Of a stretch of 64,000 nucleotides of DNA, positions 53,489-64,000 are shown in pieces. Both the position numbers and the translations under genes were made by a program. The stretch is from Carcharhinus amblyrhynchos (lineage: Eukaryota). Numbering within the stretch: the first letter of the stretch is position 1; every line of letters starts with the position of its first letter. The stretch spans positions 66,340,001 through 66,404,000 of the forward strand of contig OZ336877.1 of NCBI GenBank assembly GCA_965287045.1. The letters are read 5' to 3'. Under the pieces are notes generated by a model that worked only from the letters and a program-made list of their open reading frames with translations, was not told the DNA's origin and ran no database searches.

Positions 53489-53660
53489 TTTATTTCATCT
53501 AATTTTATTTTGCAAAGGCTGGACCTTATTTTGGCATTGATCAGAAAGCATTATTATCTCAGCTGAATTCTTTCTTTCGCTATTTTCCATTCATGGGGAA
53601 TGACAATACTTGTAACCATTCAGAATAAATCCCCTCACTCACGGTGCTTTCCCTTTTATT
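53489..53660 (-). promoter_or_regulatory. Candidate poly(A) signals for the giant-exon isoform
   Basis: AATAAA on - at 53655-60 (overlapping the stop), 53504-09 and 53489-94. Which one is used cannot be seen; distal ATTAAA also at 50839-44 and 50854-59. Confidence 0.35.
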
Positions 53661-56600
53661 TATTGTGTTTTTCAAGCTTTGTCTTGTGCCTTTCACAAAA
53701 TGGCTCTTTTTCAGAACTCACTGTAGCCCCGTTTGTACTGATATTCCCAGAAGACGTGGTTTGGCCAATAACATTGTCTTCCAATAAAGTAATAGTGGCA
53801 TTATTATTTGCTGTGCTTCTTGTATGAAGAATGTATGGATCAGTGTGTTGACCTGAAGAATCTTCCACTTTCCGAGCTTGGAATGATAAGCCATTTTTCC
53901 TTCCTTTGACTGCTTTCATTTTGTTTTCTATTGCCTGTTTCATGAACCACTGTTCTATTATTCCTTTTATATATAATTTCTCAGCCTGAATATTAGAACA
54001 AAATGGCTTGTCTTTGTGCTTCGATTCTGTTTCTTCAGTGTAGACGGGAGCTTTTAATGTTTTAAGATTAGCACCCAAACATTTTGCATCAAGACTTAAT
54101 TTAATTCTTCTAACGTCATCCTCAAAATTTTGAGCATTAAACCAATTAGCTATGTCACCGATAATTTCATCATTTAAATGTTTACTTAATACTGAGAAAT
54201 TTTCTTTTCCAGTTATTAAATCATTGCACTTCCCAATGTTAAAAATATCTGCTCCATTTTCCGAATGAAATATCCACTGATTCTCCGGATCTGATTTTTT
54301 CTGATATACAAAATTTCTGCTCTCCTCATTGCCTGCTTCAATGACAGTTGTCAGAATAGGACAGTACTGGCCACATAGAAAACGATGCTTATCCAGGGAC
54401 CCTGGATTTTGAAGAGTTCTGGCAGTTTCTCTAGATGGCTGCTCCACCACAGTCCCTTGAGCTAACGGCTGGACCATGGGACTCACTTTGTTGTCAAACA
54501 TATGAAATTCCACTGAGCTAAAAGATGAGTCACTGTCATTCGCTTCAGCATACATCCCTGTAGGCCCAACAGGAGTTCGAGCTGATTGTTTATTGCTGTC
54601 ATTCTTGTTGGTAAGATGGGAACCACTGCAAATATGGCTATACTGATTTTTTTCACTGATTAAGTCTGGGAATGGTTCTGAATCACTCCCATGAGACATG
54701 TTAAAATAATTACACATAGGTCTTGATTTTATCCCCTCCTCAATATCTGTTGATGACAATTCAGACAGTGGAGGACCGGAATGCATAGCATTAATGTGTG
54801 GGTATGCAGAATCATCACTTGCTGTATCAACTGACGTTGTATCTAGGTTTCCATACATTCCCAAGTTTAGAGGAGGAGACTTTCTTATTAAGTGGTTTTC
54901 TTTTAGAAACCATCGTCCTTTTTCAATATACACACCATCATTTTCAGATTGTGCACTGTTGTCTTGAGATTTGTTAAATGTGTGGCCCTTATCCAAGCCT
55001 GAAATGTGTAACGATTCATTATCAATGCCATATGTTCCAGCAGTGTTTGATTTATCACTACTTGCGGATATTTTACAAGATGCGTTGTCAGTGGTCCTAG
55101 TTTGGAAAACTGCTTTTGTCTCTGCACAGTCACTGGGGGTCAAGTCATTTGCCAAGTGTTTTGATACACAATGTGATTTGCCATACAGTCTCGCAGTAGC
55201 TTTTCTCACAAAGTTTGCAGAGAAATGTCTTGTTTTTACAAACACTTCGTCCTCTCCCTCCGTTGTCATTTCGTTGGATGCTTGGGAATTGTAATTGCTT
55301 GCAATACTGTTCGCACTTTCTTGATTCTCTTCAGACAAGTCAGATGTCTGCTGTCTTTCTAAACACTGTTTGATATTATGATTTAATGGTACCGGCGGGT
55401 AAATACCTGGCAATAATTCCTTATGACCAACTTCACCTTCAGCGGAAGGGTTCTCACACATTTCTTTTGTTTTTGTCAGTTGCTGATTGTCAGTCTTTTT
55501 TCCATTCTCAATATCATTGCTAGAAGCCACAGAAGCAAATGGTGAAAGTCGGCAAGCAGGTATTTCACAACTATTGCTTTTGTTTATACGTTCTCCCTGA
55601 CAAAACATATTTCTGTGCTTCGGTTCACTTATATCATTTGCTAAAGACGATTTGTGACACAAGGAGCTTTGAAGAGAGATCCTATTTTGAAGAAACACTA
55701 TATCGGAAGCTGCTGACAATTCATCTATTTTTTCTGTACTGTTAGCACACGTAAAGTGATTGCTAGCTTCCTTGTACTTCAGGTTTCCTGAGTGTCTATT
55801 TTCATTATTATTTATGCAGTTGATATAAAGGAATTCTTTATTTTTAGCAACATTTTCTGGTCTCATATCTTCAATGTGTTGTAAAGTTGCAAACTTCTCC
55901 TTCGGATCATCACCTCTCTCAACTGTTTCCTTCCCAGCCCATTCTTTGGTCATAACTGTTGTTTCATCAAATGTGCCGTTACCTAGAAACAGAGAATCAG
56001 TTTCTATCTGACTTTCTAACATATCAGAAAAAATAGAACTGTCTTTAGAACTGAGGAGTTCAGAATCATTGTCACCTGATTCTTTTGTGTTGTCTTCTTC
56101 TGTTGAATGAACGTTAGCATTAAATTTAACTTCTTCCTTTTCTTCTGTTTCATCAGCATGCTCCGGCTGTTCAATTAAATTTTGCATGTAAAAATACTTC
56201 TCATTTTCAGCAGCTTTGATCAATTGCGGAGCATCGAATGAAGAAATTTGTTCAACACCTGAAGTTCCAAGCTGTACAGAACATTCAATTTGAGGGTCAT
56301 TTTCAAAAGCAGAGCAAGATCCTTTGTAATGTTCATTTTTCCACACTTTTACTAACTGAGAGGCATATTTCTGTAGATGTGGAATACTTTGTTTTAAATC
56401 ATCAGTTTCTTGAAGTTTGATAACACGCCTTATGGACTGCAAAAATGTTATTATCTCAGAACACTTACAATTATTCATCAATAGCTTTGCATTGTTGGAT
56501 GAAGCTGGAACATTATCATTCAGGTTCATTATTGCTAACCAAGCAAGTAGGACCTTTGAAGATGTGCTCAACGTGGTGGCAAGATGTTCTGACATATCAG

Positions 56601-59576
56601 CTCTTTCATAAGAATTCTTGAGACAAATGTTGTTTCTGTGTTCAGAATTGCATTTGATCACAGCAAGCGTTGACTGCAGCTTGCACAACACCTGGCTTAG
56701 GTCATGTTCACCAAAAGGGTCCTTCTCTTCAGCCATTTCAGAAACGAGTCCAATGTCAGCTTGGATTGCAATGTCAATTGTTTCTTTTGCAAAGTCAATC
56801 GCATTAAGTTTGTCATCAATTACTTCCGTAATGGTCCTGTGCTGAATCTCATTTGGTATGGGTGCAGGTTTACCCTCTCCTTCTGTGACACTTACTTGCC
56901 TTTGCAATAAATCATCACTGTTGCAATCATCTGATACTTCATATACCTTTTGCATGTCACCAACAGCTTGGGCTGATACTTGCATTAACCTGCGTCCAGC
57001 TGGAACCTCTATTTCGGATTTAAGCTTTTTGGTTTGATTAATAAAATCAGAATCATGGTCAGACAATTCATTTGATTCTTTGGTAATATTACTGGTCAAA
57101 TCATCAACTGTCTGCTGCCCTTCAAGTTGTGTTTGTGGATAAGATTTAAGATTGAAATCATAGCACACCGCATCAGAAGTTCCTGACATATTTAGCCTTT
57201 CTTGCACAAAATTGTGTGCTTGAGAGCTATCAGCATTATATAATTCCTGCTCCTCTTGTTGCATCAAAATAGAAAAAGGTTTTAAGCTTTCAGTATCATG
57301 TTTGAAATCATGTTTCCCGACTGCAGTTATATTAAATAGTCTGCTATTTTTCCATTTCTTCCTGCGAGGATTAGAAAAATTTTGTTGGATGTCACTTTCA
57401 ATGGAGCAACTGCTAACATCCGGGATTTGTTTTATATTTCCACCTGAAATTGAATCAGGATCAATTTCTAGTCGAACTGAGGAACATTCTGGCAAATCAG
57501 AATTTTTCTCCGTAGTAACTGCACTGTGCTGAACACATTCTTCATGGTACAGATTCAATTCTTCTGTGCAGCCTATTATTAAACTGGTCGGTTTACCCTC
57601 TGAAAAAATATCTTGGCAAATGTTTACCTCAGATATATTTTCATTTCTGGAGGATGTTACAGAACTGTTGCTGATGGTGTGAGTGTCTTGGTCCTCCATT
57701 TGTTGTAATTTATAATTCAGTGATTCTGTACTGCAAGGTCCTTTTTCTGGCAGTAACTGGGAAAGATCAGAGTTTGTTTCTTCTTTAGGAGGTAACAACG
57801 CTATGGAATCATGAGACACAGGACTATTGCCACTTCTTTCAACATGAAATGTCACTTTGCTTTCATTAGACATCTCACCAGGATTAAATTCAGTACTTTG
57901 ATACTTGTCAGTGTCAACCATTTCTGTTGCAATTTGACTATCGCTGGGAGCAGTGCAATCATCACTCAAATCAGTTTTTTCAAGCTGGTCTAGTAATTGA
58001 GGTTGTTGTGAATGACTGCTATATTCTGGGCCAAGCTCTGTATTCTCACTTGTATGGTTACTGCAGTTTTGCTCATCCACTCTTGAAGAGAAAGCTAAAC
58101 CATCGTAAATCTGACATGCCTCTTCAGCTCTGCAAAAAGCTCTTTCCTCTTCATCTGTAGGTGACGAGTCATCCGAATCTGTGTTAACTGGCATCTCCAC
58201 CTTATCAGTAGTATTGGTGCAATCCTGATTCCTCACAGAAGCAGAACTTCGCAAACACTTTGAGACACTGTTTAAATCTTCCGAAAATACAGACATTCTG
58301 GCTTGACAAATCTCAGAACTGCAAATACAGTTCATGTTTATGTCCATTCTTTCAGTTGATGTGTGTGAACACCCTGTTCTGGATGACAAGCTAGTTGTTT
58401 CCTTTTGAATCGACGCAGAAGATCTAGAATATTTGAATGACGCACTCATGGATCTCTTTACATATTTAGTCCCTTGTTTTGAAATGGGGCATGTTGCATC
58501 TGCAGATGTAGGTCTCAAATTTAGCTTTGCAACATTGTTATCCATGCCATCACACCCACTTTCTTCCCAATATTGTAAGAACATATTTCTAGCATCTGTA
58601 CTTTCATCGTGGGAGTTGATCATTTTCAGTTCAGTGAATTGGTCTGCATGGCACCACCCTGAGTACTTTGAGGAGGAACTTTTCCTAACAAAAAAGGTGT
58701 CTTTATCTAGGATTGTTTTCTCTTCTCCCTGATTATTCACATTTACCTCTTCCCATGTTTGTGACTTGTCAGAAACTGCGTCACTACTTCTTTCACAAGA
58801 TTCCTTTGCATTTGATATTGAAAAACATTCATTACAGTTCTCTACTATGCTCTCTCCAAGTCCTGACCCATCCAGCTTTGAAAGTTGAACTATATTTGCA
58901 CCAATCTCTGTGTCAGGATTGGCAGGCATGCTTTCCAGGCATACCTGGTCCTGTGTTATCTTCCCATGAGCAGGATCTTTTAATTCTGCCCCCGGTTCAG
59001 GAAGATCTACATTTGTGTCTAAAAACTTATTTTGCCAGATGTCATAATGTCCATATTTAGCATGTTCTATTTGTCTTGTGCATTTTTGAGGTGTGAAAAT
59101 ATCATGGAAGTCTTGCTCATGGCCTAAATTCTCATTGTGCATCACTTCAGAATTAAGGTAAGAGCGTGCATTAATAAGATCTGCTGATTCGACATTAGAT
59201 TTCAGTTTTGCTTTGTGAGTATTAAGCTTCCTGTTACATATATTAGAATGACTAATTGTACTAGTCCATTGTATTGTCTCTTTCTCCTTTATGTGGAGGT
59301 GTACTTTCATTTCTACAGTTATACTGCCATCCTCATTCACAAAGACGGACTTCTCAATGTCATCTTCTGATGGTATCACAGACTTTTCTTCCCCTGTGTA
59401 AATGTAATTCTTGTAAGCATCAGTTTCATTTTTAGGTGAATGGAAGCTGCTTCTTAAAAGGTTTTTACTGTCATTCACATAAAATTTATCAGAAGATGTG
59501 GAGTAACCCTGAGACTTTGAGCTGGAAGGAGAGACTGAATTAATGAGCCATTGTCTTCTCCCTAACTTTATCCCAT
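53656..59576 (-). CDS. RP1: RP1 giant terminal coding exon (equivalent to human RP1 exon 4), ~1973 codons
   Basis: Lies within the 1986-aa ORF 53656..59616. Polypyrimidine tract plus gtgcag acceptor (ct at 59577-78 on +), entered in phase 1 (AT GGG ATA). RP1 motifs: PSEDDIEKSVFVNEDGSITVEMKV..IKEKETIQW, SSKVLLAWL, KGRWFLKENHL..GMYGNLDTTSVDT, CNYFNMSHGSDSEPF, GQYCPILT. Stop TAA at 53656-58. The C-terminal motifs favour RP1 over RP1L1. Confidence 0.93.
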
Positions 59577-59901
59577 CTGCACGCAAAGAAGATGAAAGAT
59601 GATGAAGGTGAGACAAGGATGAAGAACAATGGGAGGCAAAAAAAGAATAGAAAAGAGAGAAATAATTAGAAATGTCAGCAAAGAAACTAAAAAAAGCATT
59701 TACATTACTATTTAATTTTTAGATGAAGAACAAACATAAGATATCAGAAAAGATAGAATATCAAAAGAATAGTATCATGTAATTCCATTTATAGAAAGCT
59801 AGAATTCAAGCGTTTCAGCCTCAATCAGCATTCTTTTGATCTATACAACTTCTAACTGATTTTTTTTTTGACATTTGAATGCTGAAGAAATTACTCCAGG
59901 A

Positions 59902-60580
59902 TCATAGAATTATAGAAACATACAGCACAGAAAAGGCCTTTCGGGTCCACACCAACACATTAGAAACACCTGAACTCCCTCTTAATCCCATCTGCCAGTA
60001 CTTGGCCCATAACCCTGACTGTTACGATATGGCAAGTGCTCATCCAGATACATTTTAAAGGATGTGAGGCAACCCACCTCTACCACCCTCCCAGACAATG
60101 CATTCCAGATGATCACCATCTTCTGGCTAAAATATTTTTTCCTCACATCCCCCCCACTAAATCTCCTGCTCCTCACTTTGAACCTATGTCCCCTCATGAC
60201 TGATTCTTCAACTGAGAGGAAAAATTGCTTCTTATCCATTCTGTCCAATGCTCTCTTATTCACTTTGATCAGGTCGCCCCTTAGTCTTCTCTGCTCCAAC
60301 AAAAACAATCCAGTCTCCACAACCTCACTTCATAAATTTTCCTTCTCAGGCAGCATCCTGGTGAATCTCCCCTGCACCTTCTCCAGTGCAATCACATCCT
60401 CCCTATAATGTGGCAACCAGAGCTGCACACAGTAGTCCAGCTGTGGCCTTACCAAAGTTCTATTCAATTTCAACATGACTTCCCTGCTTTTGTAAACAAT
60501 GCCTTGATTGATAAAAGCAAGTGTCCTATATGCCTTTTTGATCACTCTATTAACATGCCCTCCCGCCTTTCGAGATCTGT
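59902..60580 (-). mobile_element. CR1 LINE 3' fragment
   Basis: ORF-track peptides RTLVRPQLDYCVQLWLPHYREDVIALEKVQGRFTRMLP and LEQRRLRGDLIKV. Confidence 0.9.
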
Positions 60581-61359
60581 AAACAAACACAGGATGACAA
60601 ATTGGTCACTTATACCATGATTACATTTTTTAGCACTTGATTTTAAAACTTCTGTTATGTTTCTAAAGCTGATCTCCCAGGCAAGCTAGGTTAGAGAGCA
60701 GCGAGATAGAGGAGATAAAGCAGAGGAAGTGAAAAAATGGACAGACAATGGGGGAAATTTTATATTGTCCCAGGAGCATGCTGAGTCACGCACAATGCCA
60801 TGGGTACAGCAGGGAAGGGTCACTCCACCCTTGTCAGGCAGATAATCTGCTGTCATTGGGAGTCCCATCCTTCTTAGGGATGAGGCCCTACTTTCAAATG
60901 ATGTCAGTCAATCCTACAGTACCTCCTGGAGTGATGGGCACTTTGCGACTGTACCCAGCACAGAGAAGCAGCATGGATACGGGTGACAGGATTGTTTCTG
61001 TGGGGTGGGGCCCTTGATGTAAAGGGTCGTTTTCACAGGCCATGGAATGCCTGATAAGGTTGGCCTACCCAGACCCTGAGTTGGCAAGGAGGCTACCAAG
61101 TCTCCCCTTATGACATAGCACAGATAAAATGCCAGTGGCAACAGCTAGAGGCCTTTGCGTGGCCTTTAAGTGGCCACTTAAGGGCTTCAGGTAGCCTCAC
61201 TGTGGGAAAGTCATTCTTGACCTATCCCATCACAAAGAATTTCATAATTTTGGAAAGGTGAAGGGCATTCCAACACTCCTACCAACTCCCACCCTTAACC
61301 AATGGCCTCCTTATTTCCCAACTCGTTCCCGAACACCCATTAAATTCTGCCCAATAAAT

Positions 61360-62300
61360 GCAAGGGAAGAAATAGGGAAAAGGAGGAGGACAGGAGAGGA
61401 TGAAGAGAAGTGGGTGGTATGGGGGAGACAGGCAAAGGAATGGATAGGAAAAGAAGGAAAGAGCAAGGACAAAAGATTAGCGAGAAGGGAAAAAGGGAAG
61501 AAGGCAAGAAGAGCAGAAGTTAGATGAGTTGGAAAAGGGAGAGAGGAGGGAAGAGGAGGAGAGTGAGATAGAAGAGGGAAGAGAGAAATATTCGATGAGA
61601 GAAAGGAAGGAGTGAGTAGGACAGAAAGGATGAGAGCAAAGGCAAGGGAGGGAAAGGGGGGGAAGAGGGTTGTGGCAAAAGAAAAGAAAGCAAGGAGAGT
61701 GGGGAAGAAAGATAGGGAGAAGAAGAAGGGGTCTGGCAATGGGGAAAATAATGTGCAAAATAAATGGAAGAAAGTAGAATGAGGCAAAATAAGGATTCGG
61801 GAGCAGAAGGGACAGGTGAGGAGAAAAGAAGAGACAGTATAAAAGGGAGTAAAGAAGAGACAGGAAGGGAAGAGAATGGGACATAATAAGGAGAGTGAAG
61901 GTAAAACAGAAAAGGAGGAAAGGGTGGGAGAGAGAGGGCAAAGAAAAAAGAGAGAGAGCGAAGGAAAAAAGAATGAGGAAGGCAAAGCTGAGGATGAATG
62001 AGGAAAAAGTTTTGGTAAAAAGAGGGAAGAGTAGAAGAGGGAAGAGTAGGGAAGGGGGAGGTAAAAGATGTGATAAGGGAAAATATTAGGAGCAGGCAAG
62101 TGGGAAGAGGGTAACATGTGGGGTAGAGAGGATGTGAGGAGGAGAGAATGAGTAGAAGGAAAAGAGGAAACCTTGAAGGAAGGAAGGAAAACAATAGAAG
62201 AAGGGGAAGAGAAAGGATGAGGCTGGAGAGAGCTGGAAGATAAATGGAGATAAGGAGGTTGGGAGAGGAGGTGGAAAGGGAGTTTGGATAAGGGTGAGTA
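61360..62300 (+). repeat. Polypurine/polypyrimidine low-complexity tract
   Basis: ~940 bp made largely of A/G on +, with no fixed period. Confidence 0.9.
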
Positions 62301-63107
62301 TGTCTCAGGGTCTCTTTTCTTTCTTAAGCAGTAGCATTTTGTTAATTGATCTCTGCCTCAATTGTGGGTTCACTAGCTGAGTTCTTCCTCAAAACCAGGG
62401 TATGTATGTGATCTTCTTTTAGTACAACTGTTTTTTTTCTCCAGTTCATTGACTATTGTATCCATGGATAATGCATTTCTTGATCTCTTTTGAGTTCCAT
62501 GTCTTCTGCATTTTGCAACTTAATTTTCAGTACCACCTTCAGTACAACCATGTCCAGTGGGAGCTAACCATATTTATCTTTCATCTCATTCTACTATATT
62601 TTAATATTTATCTCCAGTTTCTCTTTTCTCCTTTAAGTGGTCATGAGATCATATATAGCTATGCTCACTGTATCACTTAAAGTGTAACTCCTATGAAATG
62701 TTGCCACCATTCAGTGTTGGCAATAGATGATAGATCACTGCATCAACATGGTAATTGTATTTGAGTGGTACTCTGGGAGTCATCTCCTGAGCTTGTGTTG
62801 GCAGTGAATACGTTTGACCATCAGCAGCAAATATCAGGTATGCTGTTTGTGATTTTCCAATATGTTGGCAGATTGTTCCCCAACAGAAAAGCAAACTTAG
62901 AAAAATCAATTCCTTAAATCAATGGGGTAACTCTTTTTTTTCTAAACAGGCACATTATTTGAAGAAGGAAATCATTTCACACAATTTGCAAATTCTATCA
63001 CAACAAATAGCAGCAATATTGTAAATTAGATTAGACATGATCTCATTGACTCGTGGAAAAGGCTCAAGGGGCTAAATGGCTTACTCCAATGCTTCTCAAG
63101 TTTAAGT

Positions 63108-63402
63108 TTATTCATTTTCCTCACAAGGAGGCTTATGTTAACACCACAATGAAGTTACTGTGAAAATCCCCTAGTCGCCACACTCCAGTGTCTGTTCGGG
63201 TACACTGAGGGAGAATTTATCATGGCCAATGCACCTAACCAGCATGTCCTTCCGACTGTGGGAGAAAACTACAGCATCTGGAGGAACCCACACAGATACG
63301 GGCAGAATGTGCAGACTCTGCACAGTGACCCAAACCAGGAATTGAACCCGGGTCCCCAGCGTTGTGAGGCAGCAGCGCTAACCACTGTGATGCTGTGCTG
63401 CC
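63108..63402 (-). mobile_element. V-SINE subfamily with alternative 3' tail
   Basis: Same organisation as 37928-38226. Confidence 0.8.
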
Positions 63403-64000
63403 TAACATGAGACAACATGTTAAAAACAATAATTGTTGAAATTATCTGTTCCTGCACATCGATGCTCATGCATATATTAAATTGCTTGGTTCCCCTGTGC
63501 TCAAGCACAACAGATATTAGAATACTGGGCAGGCGGGAGACCATGCTTAGGAAGGAACCCGTCTGACTTTCCTACCTTGAAAATAACAGATAAATTGACT
63601 GTCTTCTCCTGCAGATACGTGCTCTGATCCACCTGATTTTCCAAAACTCTGATCCACAAGTACATCTTCACTGTCAGCAGCGAGGAAAATCTTACTTTCC
63701 TCTTCCAAATTCACCGTGTGGAGTATAACAGCAGATCCACAAGGTTTTGAATTAAAATATTTCAAGTGTTGGAATCTTTAAATAAAAATGCAATTTTCCA
63801 TGTGACTAGTAACTGTAAAGTTGGAATAGCTGGTTATAAACTGGGATGAGTGGCTGGACTGCTATCATTCTTCCCCAAGACAGTTCAGTTTTTCAGATCA
63901 CTTAGCAACCAAGACGATGCAAATCCTGGAAGCAGCTCCCCTAGTGGACAAGCTGAGAGACAACACCGATCATATTTGTGGAGAATCCTACTCTCCCAAT

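Noticed and set aside
53600-59060. Several plus-strand ORFs of 60-115 aa overlapping the giant exon
   Set aside because: Antisense shadows of the long coding exon with no recognisable motifs.
59577-59616. ORF-track start 'MSHLHHLSSSLRA' as the RP1 N-terminus
   Set aside because: It is a non-ATG start inside the intronic polypyrimidine tract. The exon begins at 59576.
61311-62194. Long ORFs of 154-268 aa (F/L/S/P-rich)
   Set aside because: Artefact of the pyrimidine tract lacking stop codons in all three frames.
63547-63776. 72-aa minus ORF with a possible phase-1 donor (CAA G|gtagga) as the upstream RP1 exon
   Set aside because: No DCX-domain similarity (expected something like VPSLQAVIL..VVAAGREPF), and the nearest acceptor gives an incompatible phase. 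The 'RRVPS' resemblance runs straight into a stop.

Overview
Eukaryotic genomic DNA from an elasmobranch, probably a shark (HE1/V-SINEs, SacSINE1-like SINEs, CR1 LINEs, Penelope-like elements). The window lies inside one minus-strand gene, RP1 (retinitis pigmentosa 1); its DCX-domain exons are upstream, outside the window. It contains the 5.9-kb terminal exon typical of RP1 (53656-59576). Downstream I could splice by hand 12 further GT-AG exons (45370 down to 1735; 1424 nt, about 475 codons) into one open frame. Their first acceptor has the same phase (1) as the giant exon, so they look like an alternative 3' branch. This branch encodes two PLAT/LH2 domains, then a fibroblast-growth-factor-like beta-trefoil that keeps the canonical FGF intron positions (including the 104-nt middle exon), then the start of a second trefoil. 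Introns are repeat-rich: three hairpin-shaped Penelope-type insertions with 13-bp target-site duplications and hammerhead-ribozyme motifs, decayed Harbinger and Gypsy elements, MITEs, a perfect 3x46-bp tandem repeat, a ~0.9-kb purine tract and a 137-N gap. Homology calls rest on hand translation and recalled reference sequences, not database searches. Repeat boundaries are approximate.
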